IMG/VR virus record: IMGVR_UViG_3300034374_004935
Span: 1-64,000 of that record
Source: a virus
Direction: 5' to 3' (one strand)
DNA: 64,000 bases
The notes under the pieces are model-generated. The model saw only the letters and a list, made by a program, of their open reading frames with translations. It was not told the origin of the DNA and ran no database searches. Numbering within the stretch: position 1 is the first letter of the stretch; every line of letters begins with the position of its first letter. Of this stretch, positions 60,201-64,000 are shown in pieces. Position numbers and translations under genes: made by a program.

Positions 60201-61592
60201 ACTTTCATTACTTCTAGTTTCTTCCATTGCTGCTACACCTGCAGAGATGCCTTGTTCTTCTGCAGCTTTTATTATATCATCAAGATCTTGTGCAGATAAT
60301 TCTTGGTCAGAGTCTATAATCTCTTCTCTTGTCGGAGCTCTTTCACCTGGCTCTTCTTTTTTTACTGGTTCTCCTTTTTGTTGTTTCTTTCCTTCTTCTG
60401 TAGCTTGTGCTGAAAGAAGTGCTAACTCTTCATCAAACTCAAATTCAAAATCATCGGGAGGTATTTGATCATCAAAGTATTCTGCTTCGTCTTTCTTAGT
60501 ACTAGTTTGATTAGGATTAGGCTCATAAGCTTCGTTAGATGTAGGACCAAATTCCTCATTGAAATTTTTCTCATCACTTTTATCAAAGTCTAATACTTGC
60601 TGCTCATAAGCTTTTTTCTCAGACTCACTTAATTGATAAGTTTCTAAAAAGAAAGAACTTGAATGAAAGAAGTTACCGTCTTCATGAAATAAGTCAGTAG
60701 TAATAGCTCCGCTTTCTGCAACTTGTTGATTATAGTTTCCTTCGTTGATTCTAGCAAAATCTATTTTTCTAATTCTTTTTCCTAAAAAATCAATAGCTGC
60801 ATCTATTTGATCTCCTGGAATTTTTATTTCTTGAGGGACAATTACTTCTCCTTCTACTTCTGTCCACTTAAATTCGAAATAAGAATCTTTTTTAGTATTG
60901 CCTCTTTTGTATTCAATATTAAATCTATAAGTAATATCTTCAAGAACTTCTCTAATTTTTTTGATATCATCAATATTAGTAGCTTCTTGTAATTCTTTTA
61001 GTTTAGTTTTTACAGTGTCAAAATCATTTGTATCTGCTATCTTATGGGTAAATAACTTAACAGGATATAAACCATATGCAGAAGGAACTAACATGTAAAC
61101 ATATCCAGGTTCTAAACTTTCACTGAGATTTACTTTAGAGTTTTCTAGTTTTTCTCTTAATGCTTTTGCTTTTTCTGACCCCGCTCTCCCTGTATGAATA
61201 GTACTCATGACTGTATCTCCTTGTCCATCTTGTCCAATGTTAACACGATCAATAGTTTTAATAACTAATAGTAGTTCATTATTTTTATCGCCTCTAGCAT
61301 CAGCTGCTTTTTTTAATAAAACAGCAGGATTATTTTTTAAAGGCTCTCCATTGTTTTGTGGATCTGTACCAACATTAAGATTTCTTTGAATCTTTCTTTT
61401 AATTCTAACTCTTACAGGAGCTTGCTGTACAGTTTCTTTAGGTTTGTTGATTATTTTAGTTTCATCTAACTGAAACTCTTTTAGAGAAATCGCTTCACCT
61501 CTTAATAGCTGATCTAATAAACCATTATTAAGAATAGATTTAAACTCTTCCTCACTTCGCCAATTACCGTCGTACCAATACTTACAAGCCAT
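51249..61592 (-). CDS. virion-packaged double-psi-barrel RNA polymerase polyprotein (phi14:2 gp66-like)
   Basis: Catalytic RIPT...AGLDFDIDK (~55263-55290); GDPSFYK...KR, SDGG, KNS, ESAVKVG, GSQLR and VDNAKEP motifs; two HExxH zincin-like motifs. Confidence 0.92.
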   Translation of the reverse strand: MACKYWYDGNWRSEEEFKSILNNGLLDQLLRGEAISLKEFQLDETKIINKPKETVQQAPVRVRIKRKIQRNLNVGTDPQNNGEPLKNNPAVLLKKAADARGDKNNELLLVIKTIDRVNIGQDGQGDTVMSTIHTGRAGSEKAKALREKLENSKVNLSESLEPGYVYMLVPSAYGLYPVKLFTHKIADTNDFDTVKTKLKELQEATNIDDIKKIREVLEDITYRFNIEYKRGNTKKDSYFEFKWTEVEGEVIVPQEIKIPGDQIDAAIDFLGKRIRKIDFARINEGNYNQQVAESGAITTDLFHEDGNFFHSSSFFLETYQLSESEKKAYEQQVLDFDKSDEKNFNEEFGPTSNEAYEPNPNQTSTKKDEAEYFDDQIPPDDFEFEFDEELALLSAQATEEGKKQQKGEPVKKEEPGERAPTREEIIDSDQELSAQDLDDIIKAAEEQGISAGVAAMEETRSNESTLLDSESETGDDIDTDVSSSDDIIGDPFGDSNLKTKMGPKMDPELAKEDAKKAREQGLETLKRILGESFKRQSGKKGTVRVIKDFDSLRHYLPKESFEMLQQALKNGDELYGLFTTAAVLISELAPAGTEAHEAFHVIFNLVLPIEQRVKILNEIFYKYQEEIPLTRKEVTLEDGTKEVQYVRPTFIELEEFLADKFMAYEQSQEVDKLKPVSKQPVPEDKRTGQQKTKDILAGKENFKETNAFFKGLSRMLRVFFKKNKVLNIDNLFENINLGVYADSIKFKNTVLKRSIRQSIGQSVRTTAPNRKYINPVEKKWALRYFNSKIKKAIEGFRQQLDPENKLSVPEIINLVGKKSKNSGPHIIFSNAITDVVRDIAVAKQLLAQAEAAGDTKKVAKFKNLIHHFSKFYKIITNNQKIVRKNPKGRIEFMKSSDLLEQFNRFLKSNEGIEISYGGFEAESRSPQEGTNGQVTEQDYINAIEEGEDTPDRVAQINSIERNPKQGMKQQLISFFANIPKYNSDGSKAISPFGIQDVEDSNVVFAALVSKVANSYTLENFDAKLATLNKPWKQDVIDLFAQNPRLRTLFFANFASKNFAEFESVYEVNGEFRVFSSNSKTIKDIISEDLIANFLSSTNSLYKVGKQDALWTDNIDAAKAKAFLDGLLKLDFLYRQNDVSADEKVAEKSVDFFENGKFFKLLSDHLATVNLFLTPEQLDKIYNSGGAKFLYKRGKIGNLLRVLQEVGKKLVGTDRTAMESRTVVGEDGKKRTVKTPKYKRDAKARVNPFTKLTPETDIQYGKSKASGKSLVQQLAEAIEPALDTELVSSFRGIGGKTKYNIILSGQINKMLEEVKDEDSLQKLIDNVAGNDLLVSNLPFLQDLKNDDGLRNNLKSIILDGLTRKGQNKAVTYGKMSDIELEATSFGLYYRRGKREYQQGNVGIKLGIPSNSPTAHYLKVKRLSKDEIIDKLTDTAIAEMERMKFIKGLEEQYKKEKKENKDAVPHPLLLNKNYVKRGKNFQLLTFLNKVPAKNLKTKQGIKKEIQKFFEFNLEKDTFFRQQYLKYKESGIVEGKTAEGLMTFNPNILDKSLETTQAQNEVFIDYLMNTFYYNAQTNVLFAGDPSFYKGTTDYQKRFKQIFSPGTYTTLTGSYSAIILEDSMVPTSKENLKHINDIIDKSNMTPVEKEALKIMWKEKANAKKVGDQNNESDGGTFVSLDFRKKILKGLGEWGEAHDKAYDRIKKGKETIEDLRIIDPPASPLKPFTFTQMYVDGVRVPMQIKNSETVLTKSFALKKDKQGNLVYPKLAAIYEDMERGAYEVALFESAVKVGGITNGKDSRFTHYEKQADGSYIPSVGYDSVKVFNLDISDYRKQQETPAHHIDERSNFGSQLRTLITGDIAMDQDYDLFIGDTRTSLKGYEVVSLYQDIIFDDLKESFESLEKDMVNPDGTLNYVKLIPLLREHAVERNMGDQYLQAISPVEVTVNDASLGSKKTITTALPLFHPRILYQTETLLHSIFKNNVVKQKIKGGGVINTPSYGVSTLQREEDADLVGERYHPKLKIEDGKIIWEVLMPHTSKKFFPTKDGEVDFEYINMYASELLEIIANRIPTEDKYSMFNIRIIGFTPPSMANTIIMPPEVTTIAGLDFDIDKLYFLSKHFRVIDNIPKITQYYSTIDNQEQANDLAENIYRNKILIKKFAEDTIKNEKEREEFLKRVETSIQEVALATKDKNRSLSDIKREIRESERELKKSKQLNTEDAKALKKELQETIDSFYNILNGQEWDEELVEKSIALQEAEEGKNVIIDVIASALLDAKNLGINISSYNTRAARDNMKINIMKSILENRNTAAAIINPGNFDSLKYAGARIRLLKAGKTKEANLKGKELLAAADKLDDDADFNIAYPSTQLELFRRNMDGNDLIGIMANHNTHHAKAQYTNLKLVDQLEFNKQTYQALNQIRSRTGKRISRILATKLAAVVDNAKEPISAFLNFNMFTANVVALADRLGVDEAFMFALLNQPAILELTNRVQNEQGSMSKQNLVSQIKKEIIANLQEQIPSGTTVKPVNIKDLTTEMLEKTLSGKKGVKNAFIQKAALALFEELDTIAEELSRGIRASKTDSVTAYGSTGAADYVFLNNQTRILVDNQRGANKISGLEEIFLYKNPKQKQSPAFTTYGLYKPIGIYEKVFPTIGNINENNPTETKFSPLGLIKEKFTEFKGTGVLREEEAQLINSNYLNYIASEFKFFHHDQIDDILKKFPGEFLTFKRNLPENSPFKPLMDQLHIVRPDLTSPISRIQFYQTGKFAEDIEALSDSWERMLLDPDPEIREIAKKLIKYSFFANGFNFGPYTFANVIPVMFFTNEYQSTQPDLMIQDGGGQLTMNELLQKRLMVENYDSEYNGRFIEQFIRNYSNRHNFIPTAKIDRTLSEEDAGNYLTPTGRITSTFYEADANIIKDLKGNLVVIGNYATTNLRDRFDEPVPYIKAYDTKINNHYATSIYKLTDTIIEYNSNNQEIVVYKYNRVPNLGISNVALEFNALGAIENSVSPAPDTIKDGKTEAQRLADQAVDNEITQNIKSAEGEVPSTIKPKVDLTKKTAPVDLSTDTEMYRLQYKDAEFIAEIKNGKFQIFNAKNMEQKFVDKTPENDPVVKELYEMFKLKVSGISETLVDNYHDSVSWEQLAVNFDRSFFDPEKIKGSQDVLRAFWPYLEKDSNISQLVTKLGRVNFEVKFLNNEEWAEQTRGRGTYMFYYNDTIYLNEETIRQVDSGAFYLYAFLHEVTHAFTIDLVVKGKQTTVKDGKRVTQDIIDKELRQKNTELTNLFKEAKNLDKKSESPKQDLYGFTDEFEFVAEIFTNPDFANHVKSLRAPQESKSIWQKFIDWLTSIFYEVPKKGRGEEIYEESMELINAIVENVTKDYRETIQREREQISEGDKWLRDNQNYIVEEIYQNGPSITNYLYGIKTANGTSTRDIMTQQEWDTLSPEEKYNVIKCN

Positions 61593-61606
61593 GAATTAAA
61601 ATTTAT

Positions 61607-61614
61607 CAAAGTTA
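61607..61614 (-). promoter_or_regulatory. Bacteroidota-type -7 box (TAACTTTG) upstream of the RNAP gene
   Basis: TAnnTTTG consensus 14 nt before the ATG. Confidence 0.5.
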
Positions 61615-61624
61615 CGGATTTTTA

Positions 61625-64000
61625 CTAACATTGTTTTTCTCCTATATAGTTATTGCCGTCTAAGATATCAACGTACCCTTCACCGAATCTATTACTAAGC
61701 TGTTCAATTATATCATCGAAATTTTCTTCTATTACTTTTTCTCTAGCAGTCTGTTCTACTTCTGTTTCTGGCGAAGTAGTTTTTATTAGTTTACTATCTT
61801 CTAATGTACCTGTTTTTGAAATTCTTACTATTCCTCCTTCATCAGGAAATAAAATTTCTACTTGATCAAATCTAACACCGTTTGGATCTACAATAATATT
61901 AACTATTGTTCCTTTTCCAAATTTTGGATGTATAATATTATCACCTTTTTTAAGTGTATCAAGTAATCCTAAATCAGATGCTATATCTACTGTAGTAGTT
62001 TGTTCTTGTTTGAAATATAATCCTTGTTTTATAGCCTCATCTACAACAGCTCGTCCTAAAGGAGAAGAATAATTTCCTACTACTTTACCTGTTTCTAGAT
62101 TAATTACTTCACCTTCCCCAAAAACTAAATCTACATTAGTAGAATATTTAACTCCTTTATACTCAACAATAATAGGAGGCAGATCTTTCTGTTCTACGTA
62201 CTTTGATGTAGTAGTTTCTTTAGTTTCTGTTTTAAAAGCAACAGTAGCTTGATATCCTTCATAAGATTCTATAGAGTCTTTAGTTGTTGATGATATAAAT
62301 CCTCCGTCAGTTTCTTTTGTAGAATTATATAAAGCCTCTCTTAAACCTTTTACACTAGGGTTTCTAGAAGTTGTTTGAAGTCTTCCTATAAAAGTATCTC
62401 CATGATATACATTAATACCGATGTTATCAGCATCATATACACTTTTATCTCCGTAAGAATTTCCGTTCTCATCTAACTCAGTAGCAAATTTAAATTCAGC
62501 TGTCTCTTCGTATTTTTCTAAATCTTCATTATTTAACCAATCAGGGCTATTAACTTTCTTCATGTCGTACCCATCTATTTCTGTTTGAGTAGTTGGTCTA
62601 CCTTGACTATCTTCCCAAGGATAAGGTTTACCTGTTTGTGGATTTATTGGCGTTTTTATTAATTTGCCGTCTTCGTCAAATCTTAATTGCTTTTCGTTAA
62701 TAGTAGGAATGTTACCACTAGTAGATTGTTCGACAGCTTCTTCGAACATGTCATCAATAGTAAAAGCTTCTTTCTTCTCGTCTTTAAACTCTGATGTACT
62801 TTGTACAGGTTCAGGAGTTACGTTTTCTTTCTTTGAATTAGCAAAGTTAGTATTACGTTTAGAAATCTCTGAAACTATATCTTCATAGTTATTTAGAATA
62901 GTATTGAATGCATTTAAAAAACTAGTTTTAAAATCCTCGTTATCTTTAAAGTTATCTATATTATCTAATGAGTAATCTAATCCATTAGGAAGCTCGTCTC
63001 GGCTTTCCATAACTTCAAAAATATGTTCTACTAGATTAGCATTCTTTCCATCTTTTAATGCCTCAACTACTTCTTCATATGGAGCAGTTTCTGGGTCAGA
63101 TAATTTTGATTTTACAGTATTTAATTGGCTTATAACATTTTCAGAATGAGCAGGAACATCTTTTCCAAAAAGTTCTCTATAAGAATCAAGATTTGTTTTT
63201 ACACTAGAACCATCTTGTTTTTTATTGACAGCTTCTTCTGCTCGTTTTTTTATGCCATCTATAAGCTCTTCAGCAAATTGTTTTTCAAAATCTTCTTTTA
63301 ATTTAAACCAGGTATTGGCTCCTTTATTTGTAAAGAGAGTAGAATAGATTTCAGAAACTTTAGCTTGCTTAGTTTTAATTTGAAATATATCTTTAACAAT
63401 ACCTTCTATTTCAGATTTATTAAAGTTATATGATTCAAAATTATCTTCTTTTATTTGACCTAAGATCTCTTTAATAAAACTATCTAGTTTTTTCTTGCCT
63501 TCTTCTTGTGCAAAATAAATTACGTCTCCTTTTTCTACAGCTGCTAGTACTTCTCTATAATTTTCATCTTTATATAAAACATCTAGATTACTATTAGGAG
63601 CTAATTCATTTAGTTTTTCTCTTAGTTCTTTTTCTCTTTCTTTTAGATTGTCTCTACTAGATAATAAATAAACAGCTTGTTTTTTAAGAGCGTTTTGTTT
63701 ATTTCTTATAAAGTTTGCTTTTGCTCGCATATAATCCTGCTGATCCATTTCGAGCTCAGGATTCTTACTTGGGTCAAGTTCTTCTAATTGATCTAATCCT
63801 TTATAATTTTTAAGAAAGAATTTATCTATCCAGGTTTTTCTATCACTAGCTATAGAATCAAATGTATCTTGATTCTTAACAATTGTGTCAACTCTTTTAC
63901 GAAGAGTTTCTAAATTCTTCTTTTTAGTTTCTTCTGTAAATTGAAGAGCTTCATCTTTGTGAGCAAACTGTTCGTTAAACTCTTCTAGAGACATATTCTC
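61625..64000 (-). CDS. large virion cargo protein, C-terminal part (5' end probably outside window)
   Basis: Frame stays open to the window edge (GAG AAT ATG...); acidic and helical; Tudor-like HPKFGKG segment; ends in Cys. Confidence 0.75.
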   Translation of the reverse strand, partial: ENMSLEEFNEQFAHKDEALQFTEETKKKNLETLRKRVDTIVKNQDTFDSIASDRKTWIDKFFLKNYKGLDQLEELDPSKNPELEMDQQDYMRAKANFIRNKQNALKKQAVYLLSSRDNLKEREKELREKLNELAPNSNLDVLYKDENYREVLAAVEKGDVIYFAQEEGKKKLDSFIKEILGQIKEDNFESYNFNKSEIEGIVKDIFQIKTKQAKVSEIYSTLFTNKGANTWFKLKEDFEKQFAEELIDGIKKRAEEAVNKKQDGSSVKTNLDSYRELFGKDVPAHSENVISQLNTVKSKLSDPETAPYEEVVEALKDGKNANLVEHIFEVMESRDELPNGLDYSLDNIDNFKDNEDFKTSFLNAFNTILNNYEDIVSEISKRNTNFANSKKENVTPEPVQSTSEFKDEKKEAFTIDDMFEEAVEQSTSGNIPTINEKQLRFDEDGKLIKTPINPQTGKPYPWEDSQGRPTTQTEIDGYDMKKVNSPDWLNNEDLEKYEETAEFKFATELDENGNSYGDKSVYDADNIGINVYHGDTFIGRLQTTSRNPSVKGLREALYNSTKETDGGFISSTTKDSIESYEGYQATVAFKTETKETTTSKYVEQKDLPPIIVEYKGVKYSTNVDLVFGEGEVINLETGKVVGNYSSPLGRAVVDEAIKQGLYFKQEQTTTVDIASDLGLLDTLKKGDNIIHPKFGKGTIVNIIVDPNGVRFDQVEILFPDEGGIVRISKTGTLEDSKLIKTTSPETEVEQTAREKVIEENFDDIIEQLSNRFGEGYVDILDGNNYIGEKQC

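Noticed and set aside
480-62888. Short antisense or out-of-frame ORFs in the track (e.g. 2868..3254, 17506..17886, 59956..60468)
   Set aside because: They lie within long, motif-bearing genes on the opposite strand or in another frame and have shadow-ORF composition.
1-64000. Stop-codon reassignment (TAG or TGA read-through) as in some crAss-like phages
   Set aside because: Long genes are intact in the standard code, and TAG terminates the capsid, TerL and 1489-aa genes at sensible positions; no suppressor tRNA was seen.

Overview
This window is a ~64 kb internal piece of an AT-rich crAss-like (Crassvirales-type) podophage, probably infecting an aquatic Bacteroidota/Flavobacteriia host. It uses the standard genetic code and shows no obvious integrase, CRISPR array, reverse transcriptase, intron or intein. 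Layout: (i) 1-22.0 kb, minus strand: RepL/HTH/IHF-like genes, TerL, portal, scaffold-like protein, major capsid, ring/auxiliary-capsid/tail-hub proteins and adhesin-like fibres (LamG x3, PKD+BspA). (ii) 22.3-45.0 kb, plus strand: a hairpin-rich early region with two atypical tRNA-like elements and many small genes, then a replication block (PolA, SF2 helicase, DnaB, AAA_24, primase, vWA/MoxR, RusA-like, PD-(D/E)XK nuclease, spore-photoproduct-lyase-like radical SAM). (iii) 45.0-64 kb, minus strand: a T9SS-type secreted protein, a metallophosphoesterase and three giant virion cargo proteins, including the 3447-aa DFDID RNA polymerase. Two observations stand out. First, the ~5,700 visible residues of the three cargo proteins contain only four cysteines, all at adjoining termini, which suggests a head-to-tail disulfide chain. 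Second, an unannotated ArfA-like basic peptide has its stop codon inside a tRNA-like element, so RNase P processing would yield an in-frame non-stop mRNA. All family assignments come from motif recognition and synteny by eye; no searches were run.
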